64,000 nt of DNA from Mitosporidium daphniae. Taxonomy: Eukaryota. The position numbers and the translations under genes were made by a program. The stretch covers positions 1 through 64,000 of the forward strand of contig NW_013546400.1 of NCBI RefSeq assembly GCF_000760515.2. Reading direction: 5' to 3'. A model generated the notes under the pieces. It was not told the origin of the DNA. It was given only the letters and a program-made list of their open reading frames with translations, and did not search any database. Below, in pieces: positions 23,248 to 36,271 of this stretch (positions within the stretch are counted from its first letter, which is position 1; each line of letters begins with the position of its first letter).

Positions 23248-26200
23248 TTATTGTTCTGCAGCAGTGAAGGGCATAATTGCTTCAATTAACGACGCAATGT
23301 ATAAGGACTTGTCGCCATCAATAAAAGGGGTTGAAAATAAAATGTCTGCGCGCTGTTCGCCTTTACACAAATCTATTATCAAAAAAAGGATTCCATCCAT
23401 GAATTCAGATGTGTCTTTGCAAATTTCTTTCGATTGCTGAAGAAGCTTGTGACAGATCGTGAGAATTCTGTACGAATGCTTACTTCCCAGCTTAAAGCAA
23501 GCGGAAAGCAGCAGCTTCCAAAAGAAGATTTGCTCGTATGATTCCCAGCGCGAAAAGGAGGACTCTACAACGAAAATGATAACACATAAACCGGTACCAA
23601 TGATGGCGTTTAAAATCTCATTTGGCGGCAAAAAAATCTCTGCAAGCGGCAGCGACTTGATTATCCCCATCCGTATACGGATACAGTCAGAAGAGTCCAT
23701 ATCTTGAACGATCATGTGGATAAAATCTTCATACTCACTGACAGTAACACTGTTAATCGAATACAATAGCAGCCCAGAAGCCTTAACTAGACAGCAGTAG
23801 AAAAGGGAGAGGTTTTCTATGTAAATGTTCTAAAACTAAAACCACCCACTTGGATACCTTTAAAGCCTGCACAAAAAGAAATGGAAAGTCTTCTGACCAC
23901 TTTTTCAGCATCTCCTCAAATACACCGCCTTTACAATCCTCCAACGACGACCACCAGCAAATAAAATGAGAATAAAGTCTGGATGAATTTTGGATTGCAT
24001 CGGATAAAATACATTCCGCCCCATTTTGATAAACAAAATATTTTTCCTCCGAAAAGGTGCTTTCAAAAGGGAAAGGAAAAATACGATCCAGCTGTGCAAT
24101 TTCGCCTTCCTTAAAGGAAGCCCCTACTACTTTGCTTTCTAAATGCTCATGGGACTTGGAAGAATTATAAACCAACCCAGGTTCATCCTCATCAGGTAAT
24201 CTCAATATAAGCAGCTCATTATCTTCTTCTGGACTGGATGCTTCCTTGTCTATTTGTGGGAACGTCACGTTCACATTTTCATCGTGCTTCTCAGGGGTTT
24301 CTGGCGAATTTAAAATTGAAATTGCCTCTTCAGGCGCTTCAAACGTCGAAACATTTAACGATATCGGAGTTTCCTGATTTCGGATCGGATCTTCATCCTC
24401 GCCATCGGAAAAACAAGGCGAAATGCTAGAGGCTGGCTTGAGAAGTGATAGCAACATGGACTTCATGTCTTTGCTCCATGAATCCTTCGCTGGGCCGCCA
24501 AATATGCTTTCCAGCGTGCTAAAAAGTTATGGACACCAAAAAAGCTACCAGATAACGCCTTTGGAAATTAGTTGCGAAAGAGAAACCGAAATTGAATTGG
24601 AAATGCTGGATGAAAATAGACTTCCAAAAACGCCGTTGGCATTAAATAAAAACTCAATCAAAGATGAGGTGATTGCGGGATATTTTACAACCGAATGTGT
24701 CAACAGCAAGATTCCAGGCTCTAACATAAAAACAACCAAATACCGATATTCATGATGCTCTCCCCCTCCGGATAGAAAAAGAGCCAATCGTAGAATATTG
24801 CCAATTTGGCCATCTTAATTGAGAAGGGTGACTAAATTTATAAGAAACTCAATCTCCTGCCTTTGCTAGTCTCAATAGCCATCCTAAAATCATCCATCGT
24901 GGGATAATATCAGAAGCTAGAACCGAATTTGAAGGGTGGATTACACAGCAAATGAATCGAATCAGGTCCGGAATAAGAATTTCTTTGATGGCTGAGCGAG
25001 ATTCGTTGGTAAGATGCCATTCAGTGTACCATGTCTGATAGGTTCTTTGGGAGCCTATCTTAACATTTTCCAGCATAAAGACAATATTGGACTCCATCTC
25101 TGGAGAAAGTCGCATTGCCAGTAGCCTTTTTGATGGCGGCTTCAACCCGAAAGAATCGGGGCCATGGTTCTGCTTGATTATCGCCTGAAGATCATTCCAA
25201 AAGGGCGAAATCGCTGGATACGAAGAAATGCCCTCAAATGTGCGGATGAAATCGCGGCCAAGATCCTGAAATATTGCAGCCATGTGGCTTTCAAGTAAAT
25301 GGCAAGTCAAGTTGATCGCCTGAGCTTGCACATAGCTGATCCCATCAAAAGCAAGGATAAGTCTGGAGACTATATAATAGACCGAAGATGCCACTGGATC
25401 AAGGGCTTTTTTATGGTGGAGCGATACGGAGAGAAGGTTTCCTACCAAATTGAAGTGCTGGTCTGCTGCCTTGGCACAATCCCACACCCCGATGTTTCTA
25501 AATAAATTCACTATAATTCCTTCCATAGAACTGGCTCCATGGTCGAGTAAAGCGCCCACCAGCCAAATCACCTGAAATGAATGCAAAAAAGTACCTTTGC
25601 TTGGATTTGTGGCAATAACTTGGCGAACCTAACATGAGATAAGACCTTTAAAAGGCCACTCACGAGCGAGAACCCATCCCTAACACTTGCGCATAGGGAG
25701 GAAAAATTCTACATTCAAAAAATATTGGCGTTTACAATCAAAGATTCGGAATCGTTTGGTGCAATCAACACTCCATACAGAAGGGCGGCTTGAAATTGCG
25801 AATGTCGCTCAGTGGAAAAAGAGCACTAATGTTGCAATGAGAAAAGATATCCACGAACCTGCTCAATTACAAATTGTTGCAAAACATGTTGGCCCTGCTG
25901 CAAAAGCGGGATGAGTTTGGAAAAAAATATCTTATTGGCTTCCACCTCAAATTCGTCTGACTCATCCAGCGGCGAATATCCATCAACATACAACAGCGAG
26001 ATAAATCCAGCATTTTTAACAGGCGCCACAACCTGTGGTACCGGTGGCTCTGGATACATTTCCGGCTTAATAATATCCGGCTGCAACATATTACTGTGAA
26101 TAAAATTAAAGTTTTCTGTTGGTGGGATATAATTAACTCCGGGAAACGATGTTGCAGCCGGAACAGGGAGGAACATTGGAGGCGAAAGTGGGTGTGCAAT

Positions 26201-26353
26201 TGGACTATGGTACGCATCGGCAACCTGCATTGCATATGGGTATGGCATTGTTGGAACATGCTGTGCAAGATAATGCGCATGTGAATGCTTCTGTCGATGG
26301 CGGTGATGATCGTCATTGTCGTTATTATTTTCGCTACCAGGTCGCTTTGGCAT
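23248..26353 (-). CDS. INTS3: Integrator complex subunit 3 / SOSS-A (multi-exon)
   Basis: RLSPEMESNIVFML..GSQRTYQTWY..DLIRFICCVIHPSNSVLASDIIPRWMILGWLL and spliced KLAIFYDWLFF..SIMNIEPGILL match the INTS3 N-terminal domain. Confidence 0.85.
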
Positions 26354-26609
26354 GGCAAAAAAAATGCAAACTTGAGGAACTTTACCATGTGCTAGGGTTG
26401 CTGCTTTAGGGTTGATGTGGTTTTGTCTGAACCCTTCAATAGTAAAACCTAACACAATTCAGGTCCGATTGCATACTGGGTCCCACCCGGCACACCCACA
26501 CCTGGCGTCAAATATGCAATTGATAACAGCAGTAACCTACATTTGCACATTTGAGTATAACATTTAAGAAGTACAGCTAAATTTTATTAAAATTCTGCAC
26601 ACAGGTGTC

Positions 26610-27408
26610 ATGAATCCCAAAAAGTTCGCCATAAAGATGCTCTCTTTAGGAAGCTTGCATCAATTCTCTCTACGCATGGAAATTGCTTCAATGGCTGGCA
26701 AATCGCCTGGGAATTATCTGCTACGCCTTGGAATCTTTTCGGTCCAGCTCCCCCGCTAACGGCCTTTTTAAGCTCCGGAGTGAAGACATCTCTTAGAATC
26801 CCCTCTTTTGCCGGGGAATTCAAGGTGTGATGTTTGCAATTAATCGGCATTCTTGGTTTTAGTTCCCGGTTGCGGTAGTGGCCATGATGTTGCCCTGTTT
26901 TCTGGAATGGGATGGCGTTCCTATGGCCTTGACATTAGTCCATCTGCAATTAACCATGCTTGGGAATTGGTATTTTTTGCCTGCTTTCCTAGCATTCTCA
27001 TGTGGGTCCATTAATTTCCTTTGAAGTTGGAGATTTTTTTCGGCACCAGAATGAATATGACCTAATATTTGATTATACGTAGCTCTTCCGTTGCAATCAT
27101 TTTAGTTTCCTCTGTGCTTTGGATCCACAGCAGCGAAATTTATGGGCAGACAAGATGCTATCCTTGCTTCTTGCAAAAAAAGGCCAGCTTCTGACTTTAA
27201 TGTTCCCTCTTTATGATGCCCCATCAGAAGAGAAGGAAGGACCTCCATTTCCATTGACTGAAGCCATGTAGCGGTTGCTGAAACTAATTCTTACAGCTAT
27301 ATGGACCTTCTTGCAGTGCGCGGATTTCAGGTTGTATATCAAGAGAATGATGTACCCAGCGCTAATGGGCGACAAGGCCTTGAGAAGCTTGCTCTTTGGT
27401 CCCTTTAG
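26610..27408 (+). CDS. SAM-dependent thiol/halide methyltransferase (TPMT/HOL-like); six exons, not in ORF track
   Basis: Hand splice gives GWQIAWELSATPWN..PAPPL, VLVPGCGSGHDV, YGLDISPSA, VGDFF, YDLIFDYTFLCAL, GPPF and GRQGLEKLALW; four canonical mini-introns plus one apparent GT-TG intron. Confidence 0.85.
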
Positions 27409-28091
27409 AATATGCAACCTTCGCTCTGAACCGGAACATATTGATGAGTAAAAAATTGAAGACATAAGTAATCAGAAATCAATTTACGCGCAGTACTGTC
27501 GATTTACAAATATTCCGCGATGTAACTTGACTTTTAGTCGTTGCATCGCTTGTTAATATTCGAAGACCCAATCCGTCCTCTTTTTCAATGATGCATTTTG
27601 TCTGCTTCGAAAGTTAGAATTTTGTGCTTTGACCATGCCTCTGATATCCAGCCGCATGTGCTGTATATTTTCTGAAGAGAAATCGAAATGGTCAAATGTA
27701 TCAACCTTTTCAATGAATTTATTGCAGGCAGTTTTGGTTTTTGCTGCACAGCAATATATTACATGCTGGCGTGAAAATGTCCTTTTTTCCTTGCATCAGC
27801 CCTCTTTTGGGAGTGATGAGAAAAGGAACCTTTCATATTGTGGATCTATCAACTAATTGGCACGCACAATAATATGGCTGGATATGCACTCAAAATAAAG
27901 AAACAAGCCCCGGTACGGGACTCTTCTCGCCAATCGGGAAATGACCGTAACTTTCGTATCAAGCAGCCCCGATAGTCTATTGTTCCCTTTTTAGAGTTGA
28001 AAACAAGCTCACCAGTCTATTTTGATGTATTGAAATTAATTCTGTGAAACTCTCCTAAATAGTCGCCTGCAAGCACTCAGTTGCATCTTTG

Positions 28092-29120
28092 CTATCCAAT
28101 AATACCAATTCTGGACGCGAGAAACACGAGGGCGGATCCTGCCATAAAAAGAAGGGCCCGCTTTGGGTACTCGTTAATTGCAAACGGCTGAGGCTCCACC
28201 ATAGGAGCCCTGACTTCCGCGACGGTGGGTTGAAACTCTCTCAATGATCGAGATCCTGCTGCTTCTGCAAGGATCCCATCAAGCCTGTCCAACTTTTCCA
28301 TCACCGCAACAGCAAAAGCTTCCTGCTGGCTTTCTAAAACACTAGGAACAACATGGCGAGAGTCCTCTTTGATTGAGCGAATGAGGGCAGCACGCCGCTT
28401 TGGTTCCAATATCATCTGCATGTAAAGGAAAATGACAATATTTAGTGCCATCAATGAAAAGGTGCCTGCAGTTGAAAGCGCACGGATCTTATCAGACCAC
28501 GTCTGCTCACCTTGGTAACGCTCCTTCATTGCCTGTACCAGAAGCGCATGCGTTGCATCGACTGTGCGAGAAGCACACTCAGCGGCCAATTTTGCATCCT
28601 TTTCAAAGGAATCTGCTCGGATTTCGTCCTTGTAAAGTGACGTAAATATGGAAATCTCCGTTTCTGACCACGTTGCCTTCCTAGCTAATAGTGACTGAAG
28701 CTCGCGTTGCAGCATGGCGCGAGAGTCGACGGCAGTTTGATAGCGTCGCTGTGCTTCCTTGAATGCATCATTAGAGATGTCATATGCTTTTGAGGCTTCA
28801 TCAACTGCTATCTTTAGTTGCAGAATGGAATCGTATCCTGTTTTCTTATCAATAAACTGCCTAAAGTTGGTTTCATTAATGAAGCTTTGTCGCAGCCGGG
28901 TGATAGATTCTGGGATTTCTATTGAACGGATCGCAGAAAGCGAATGCTGTGCTGTTAACAAAAACGGAGTAAAAATTGCAAACAGAGGGCCGGACGTCGA
29001 ACGAAAAGACCCAAAATTTGAAGCAATCAATTCAAGATTTTGGGGGTTCCTTACGGCAGTGGCTATGCGTGCTGCTGGGGCAAGCAAATGCCGCCGCATC
29101 AACGCAAGGAGTTGTTCCAT
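28092..29120 (-). CDS. SHE9: Mitochondrial inner-membrane protein She9/Mdm33
   Basis: TGYDSILQLK, QRELQSLLARKATWS, RYQGEQTWSDKIRALSTAGTFSLMALN, EPKRR, C-terminal TM segment. Confidence 0.9.
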   Translation of the reverse strand: MEQLLALMRRHLLAPAARIATAVRNPQNLELIASNFGSFRSTSGPLFAIFTPFLLTAQHSLSAIRSIEIPESITRLRQSFINETNFRQFIDKKTGYDSILQLKIAVDEASKAYDISNDAFKEAQRRYQTAVDSRAMLQRELQSLLARKATWSETEISIFTSLYKDEIRADSFEKDAKLAAECASRTVDATHALLVQAMKERYQGEQTWSDKIRALSTAGTFSLMALNIVIFLYMQMILEPKRRAALIRSIKEDSRHVVPSVLESQQEAFAVAVMEKLDRLDGILAEAAGSRSLREFQPTVAEVRAPMVEPQPFAINEYPKRALLFMAGSALVFLASRIGIIG

Positions 29121-29383
29121 GCCTGCCGTATAGAAGCTGCTGCAAATATTTAAATTTTTCGCTTCCGACTAATCAAGTTTTTAGTTCTAAATTTGGTCCT
29201 AAATTCCAAACTAACTGCCGCAACGTATCAACATGATGCGTGCGCAACATAAAGAATTTTTGACTCTCTTGAGAAGATTCAAAAGAATATGCGCAGTTAG
29301 TTTGAAGCAATGATTGCCATTGTGTGTGTGTACTCTGTTAGAGGGACATTTTTTGTAGTTTATAAAATCGAGAATTTATTGCA

Positions 29384-30152
29384 ATGAAATTCCCGACCCC
29401 TCGCGTGCTGCCGAACCTTGTAGAAAACTATGGCGTATACGAGCCTTCAGGTCCGTTCTAGCCACCAAAATTTCATAGAAGATTCATATTTACTTCTTGA
29501 CGCCATAGAGGCGCTGTACTCGACACCGACATCTCATATCCCCGTACTTGCCTTGGAAATTGGAACCGGAAGCGGGATCATCTCTGCATTTGTTAAAGGG
29601 ATCCTCAAAGGAAACAGTAAATGTTGCACTTTAATGGGTAGCTTTTGTTCTGGGGATCGATATCCATTTAAAGGCAATCGAGGCTTCGCATCATTGTGCG
29701 CTTTTGAATCGCTGCCAGATTAATTTGGTCAATGCCGATGCGCTTACATGTGGTTTTCGGCAAGCTTCGCTCTTTGATTTGATTGTTTGCAATCCGCCAT
29801 ATGTCCCCACTACGGAGGAGGAGCTTTTAGATGCCGTTGGATTGGAGAAATCGTGGGCAGGCGGCCCCACATCTGGCACCAACTCGATGATTTCATATTT
29901 GCTGTCGCAAGGTGTTCTTGAGGTACTTCCGCATTTAATCGGTAGTCGATGCTCTCACCGATCGGCGGAACTTTTCTGCTTTTGGTGGAATCTGCCAATC
30001 GACCTATGGATCTAATTGCTCGGTTTTTGAATTGCCATTCTCCAGAGCATTGGTGTATTGATGTACATTTTCGTGCTTATTTGTAGACTCTTCTTCGGCG
30101 AAAGGCCGGAATCGAAGAACTTTTTGTGCTCCGCTTTATAAGGCGATCTTAA
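29384..30152 (+). CDS. MTQ2: eRF1 glutamine methyltransferase Mtq2/HEMK2 (multi-exon)
   Basis: VYEPS|EDSYLLLDA, LEIGTGSG, NPPYVPT, SWAGG, RKAGIEEL. Confidence 0.9.
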
Positions 30153-30221
30153 CCTCCGCCTGACGACGTATCCAATAACACCCAATGGTCTGCATCTGAT
30201 CGCTGTGTTTGCTGCTCCGAT

Positions 30222-30909
30222 TTATTCTAAATAAACCTGTTTCGTTTTGAACAGATGCTGTTGGACGAATCGTCCCAAATGGAACATATGGACGCGCCGG
30301 TGATTTCCAAAAATGCCACCGAGTTTCTCATCGGCGAGGATGTATCTCCGATCGCGAGGATCCTGAAGGTCCGCCTCCTTAATATGCACCCATATTAGTT
30401 TGATGGCCTCCGCAGAGGTGACCTCTGTCCGTCCGCCGAGGCAGATGCTAAGCTTGGGTGAGGCGTGTAAGACCGGAAAATTTGACACGCCTGTACGTTT
30501 CTTTTTGATTGGCGCAGCCTTCTTTTTAGATGTGATGCTGCCATGTATGCCTGTACTCCGCTTTGGTCGTTTCGTTGCCATACGTTCTTCACGGGCCAGT
30601 TGCAATGCTAGCTGGTGATCGCTCTGTTCTTGCAGGATTTCAAGCGATTCGGAATTGACATCCATTCTCTTGCGCAATTCAGATCTGATCTCCTCAATGA
30701 TAAGCATCCGCATCTGTGGCGAGATAAGCTCTGGGCGCCCAGGAAACTCCTTTTCGAGCGAAATACGGGTCTCCTTCAGCGTGGTTGTCTGTGGATCGCT
30801 ATGCATTACCAGCTCTAAAGTGAAATGGAGACTTACCTGCAATTTTCTGTTTGATCTCCACTGGCAACCCCGTTGTCTGTGCATCTGAACCCAACGGGGG
30901 GCACTTCAT
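30222..30909 (-). CDS. DEK-C plus SWIB/MDM2 domain protein (UAF30/Tri1-like)
   Basis: A 22-nt intron links ATG 30909 to VEIKQKIAELVMHSDPQTTTLKETRISLE (DEK-C); SWIB motif IWVHIKEADLQDPRDRRYILADEKL. Confidence 0.85.
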
Positions 30910-30952
30910 CAAATTAAATTCAAGGCCAATTTCAACTTTATGTATTAGGACG
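30910..30952. promoter_or_regulatory. Ultra-short bidirectional promoter region (43 bp between divergent ATGs)
   Basis: ATG 30909 (-) and ATG 30953 (+) flank an AT-rich spacer containing AAATTAAATT; similar AAATT(T) tracts precede many ATGs in the window. Confidence 0.55.
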
Positions 30953-32547
30953 ATGGTCCATTACGAGGACTACTCTGACGATTGCGATGACGACTACGCC
31001 GACAGTTTCTCGGACGGGGACGAATATGACGTCTCATTTTCCGCAAAGGTCAAAAAGCAACCTATCCACAGTGCTACAAACAATCCCAAAAGCAAGGATC
31101 AATCAAAGGATGTTAAGCAGCCCATGCAGCAAAAGAAGAATCACCAACGGGCCGCAAAGCCTGCATCGGGAAGTATCAAGCCAGCACCCACATGGATCTC
31201 TCTTGCTGGGCATGTGGATTCTGGAAAGTCTACATTGACTGCGCGGATTCTGCGATTGGCTGATTCACCTGACGTAACACCGGAAGAGCAAAGACATGGG
31301 ATCACCATGGAGCTCATGATGAAAAGGATGGAAGGCTTTGTTTTCATTGATGCTCCCGGACATTCTGATCTTCTTGAAGTGACCAGTAAAGCTGCCTCAC
31401 TCGCATCCATCATTATTGTTGTGATCGATCCGACTCCTGGTGAATTCGAGCGCGGCCTTGGGGCCCAGACCGAAGAGCATCTTCGTGCCATTTCAATTCT
31501 TGCGCCTTTACCTCTGCATTTGGTTTTTGCCATCAACAAGATGGACAAAGTAAGTTTGGTTCTAATTTCTAGCTCAGTTGGGATATGCTACGTTTCCACA
31601 CCGTCGCCGAGATTCTCTCGTCACTGGTCGAGCAAATCTGGAGGGAATCCGTATTCTCCACACCACCAGCCACCATACAATGTGTTCCTCTCTCCGCTAT
31701 CACCGGCGATAATGTCTTTGATTTGGATATTTCTAACTTGAGCATCGCCGATGGAAACGGCGCTACTGCAAATACAAACGATCATTTTCTTACGCTTTGG
31801 GAGGCAATTAGCAAGACTTCTCGTGCACAATCACAAACAGAGACTCCCAAAAGCATTGGCAGTGCTTTTTTACTCTCTGTTCTTCATACAACATCGGCAG
31901 CCGGATCCAATTCATTTGTACTTGAGGGCCGCGTGGCCCATGGTACCATTGCACTGGCGTCTGCCGGCTGCATGAGTGTTCGGATTTATCCAGGTGCACA
32001 CCTTGCCAAGCTGTCCAAGCTTGCCCTTGCAGATAACGAAGTGCATTCTCCCTTGCCAGCGACTGTGCGGAGCACATCTCCGACCAAATCGAGCATCTCA
32101 TCTGCAAAATACATCGAAACGGGAGAATTTGTGTCATTTTCACTTGATGCCGATCCTTCACTAGTAGCCACAAGTACTTCTCTGATAGTTTCGCAATCGT
32201 TCCAATGGCCGGTCCGTGAAGAGCGCATTTTCGATGGAAAAATTTCGCTCCTGCCCCTCAAAAAGCACGCCGATTTTATTGTAGTGCCTGGGTCAACGTT
32301 TATTGCCCTCATTTCGTCGATTGCAGGCATGAGATCAATGCCTTGTGAAATTATGGCAATCAATCCGACTGCCCCTTCTTTGCGTGCACCGAGGTTTCTC
32401 CGCCCAGGTGCGAGAGGCTGCGTACGCCTGCGGTTTGATTTTGCCATCCTGTGTGCACCACCGTTCCCGCAAATCAAATTCTTGCTCTTGCATCACGGCA
32501 AGTCCGTAGCGACCGGCGTAGCGGATGCCCCTGTAAGTACAGCCTGA
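30953..32547 (+). CDS. HBS1: Divergent Hbs1-like translational GTPase (2 exons)
   Basis: Acidic N-terminus, GHVDSGKST, EEQRHGITM, DAPGH, NKMD, PLSAITGDN; 23-nt intron after NKMDK; beta-barrel C-terminal domains. Confidence 0.7.
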
Positions 32548-32940
32548 TAAATGTAATCTTTATTACAAATGTTGAGATCCAAAAGTACATTGAGCATAGA
32601 AACACAAAGCGCCGCGCTTTGGTGTAGGTCAAATGCAAAGCTGGTCCACTCCAGTTGGGGCTATAGTTGATGCACCGTAGGTTTCGCCCAACCCCTTCAT
32701 CGTAACCCTTAAATTATGTTTATCAAAGCCATTTGGAGCACTTCATTTTTGTGCAATTTTAAATTTGTCAAATAAGGGCAGTGCGGTATGACTCACCACC
32801 CGCACATCAGGAGGTTTGTTGAGCACTTTTCCGCAACATCAAGGACATGAGCCAAGATTTTGTCTGAACGTTAACTTTGCACGCGCGCCGGAGTTAGACA
32901 CGTATAGTGGACACCAATCATTTATTAAAATACAAAGGGG

Positions 32941-34224
<1,284 letters not shown>

Positions 34225-34279
34225 TATTAAAAATGGAGATAAAATTAATTATAAATTTTGCAAATTATTTAATGGATCT

Positions 34280-36016
34280 TTAAATGGGCAGTTCATAAAT
34301 ACGCACAATATGCTTGTTAATGTGCTCCTTGTGAAGTACATATGACCCGGCAGGAAGTACACGGAGTCTATCAACAATGGCTTTTAAAACGGCAAGCCCG
34401 CCAGCCAGGGTAACATTTGCCGTGTGTGTGGCAAAATCTTCTGGATTCCATTGCGAAATACCGACAATATCATAGCGGTTCTTGTCCTTGCCAGGCGTGC
34501 GAGTAATAAATCCAACCTTGATATAGTCGGTGTCGGCAAGCAGCGCTTGAAGAGCCCACTTGGCCAGCTTGGAGCCGTTATTTTTCATCTCATGCCCAAG
34601 AACGGCCCCCTTTTGTGAGTCCAGACGAGAAAACAAGCCGCCCGATGATGAGCCGCTTCCAGACCCGGATGTGTTTCCAGACAAAGGATAGTATTCGTTC
34701 AAAGCAAAGAGCGAGACGGTCGCCTCAGAATCTTGGATCTTCACCACACCATCGACCGTTGATCTGCAAACGAGGAACAGATTATCTCCGAGTGGAAATC
34801 GGCGATACCTAACCGCACCAAGATCGGTTGAATTGTCGGACATGTCCTCGTCCATCGCTCCTGGGGATGCGATCGGGTGTGCCTCCTTCTTCAGAACCTG
34901 ATCTCTAAAGGACTCATTAATCAGAAACGCCTCTTCAAATCTGACCCTCCGCTCCTCAGGATGAAGAGTGGCATCCGAGCTTGTTTCGTTGACCGAATAA
35001 AGACTACTGGCCAGAACGGCTGGATTTCGGGCGTCGAAAATGATCCGACCACGGCTATCCACTCGTGCAACAAGATCCCAAGGATAAAAAGAGCGAGGTG
35101 AAATCATGAGCAGTGCAAGAATGGCATCGGTTGCAAAAACATGCCCGGTGTCCGAGTCAGACATCTAATGTAAATGTACACATGCTGCTTACATGAAGGA
35201 GGACGGGGTCAAGAGATGTCGTGCTCAGTGAATGAATTTTTGGAATTTTCGGGGGATCATCAAAAAGATTTGAACGGCGCTGAGCGGGAATTTGTAATGA
35301 CTTTGATGTCTTGCTCGATAGTTTGTTATATGATTTGTCAAAGGAACGCACATTTCCATCTTCCTGCAGAGTTTCTCCGAGGCCCTTTAGCGAGTCGCCC
35401 CCCAGTAAGGTGGTGGTGGCTGCGGCCGTTGCTGTGTACACGCTGGAGGGCAGAAGCTTTACAAGCGGGGAAAGGTCGATTTCGCAAATGAGGCTCCAGT
35501 TTGTGGACGGGTTAAGCGTCACCATTGACATGGCTGAGTGATGCCCATCAAATCCGCCACTCGCCCCATATCCGGCCGAAGACAAATGCTTATTGAGCTC
35601 TTTCCAATTTGAAGATGACGACCCGGTGGGTACGGGCGACGTTATTCCTGCCTTCCCGCCCGCCTTGTATCCGGAAGAGTTCATACGAGACGCGGAGCTT
35701 CCGTGCGTCTTGCGAGACGTTATAACGGTAAAACCTGACGGAGATTTTAAAGAAGAAGCTGCTAAAAATCAATAAAACACAAGGGCATACACTCAGCGCT
35801 ACTTGTCAAAATAGGGGTGGCCGGCTTTTTGGGGAAAACAACCTTCAATGCCGGTTGTACAGGCAATTGGCTGTGATGCGAATGATGAAAATGATGCGTA
35901 TATTCAGAAAGCCAATCTGCAATTTTTAATGTGGCATTTTCAATCGCTGCATTTGTGAGCACCGACATAGGTGGGAGAGTGGGAGAGGACCCTTTCATCT
36001 CATGCATGTTGCTCAT
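34280..36016 (-). CDS. EIF3D: Translation initiation factor eIF3 subunit D (multi-exon)
   Basis: VFATDAILALLMISPRSFYPWD, SVNETS, LDSQKGAVLGHEMKNNGSKLAKWALQALLA. Start codon tentative. Confidence 0.9.
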
Positions 36017-36045
36017 TATTAGGTTTAAAATATAAACCAACGCAA

Positions 36046-36071
36046 AATTAATTAATTAATTAATTAATTAA
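36046..36071. repeat. (AATT)n microsatellite upstream of eIF3d
   Basis: AATTAATTAATTAATTAATTAATTAA read directly. Confidence 0.85.
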
Positions 36072-36271
36072 CTAATTTTAATCACCACCAATGCTACTCG
36101 TTTCAAGCTCCGGATGCATGCAGGGCAGCTCTAAATTTAAGGTCCGAGAAATTTGCCGCAGAAATTTCTGCTATCGGCGATACCTCGGCGCGATAGCCAA
36201 CAAATAATTGGTCTTGCTTGACAACTTGCGTTGTATAAAATGTCTCTTCTTTATGTCTTTTATTGGCATGC

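Noticed and set aside
26828..26830. In-frame TGA in the methyltransferase as possible selenocysteine or readthrough
   Set aside because: Reading through the TGA does not reach the VPGCG frame; an intron explains it better.
27420..28050. Possible small multi-exon gene on the minus strand
   Set aside because: Some splice-like signals and open stretches, but no consistent model or recognisable motif.
29239..29294. Intergenic hairpins (here and 48833-48877) as H/ACA snoRNAs
   Set aside because: No convincing H-box/ACA two-hairpin arrangement could be established without a covariance search.
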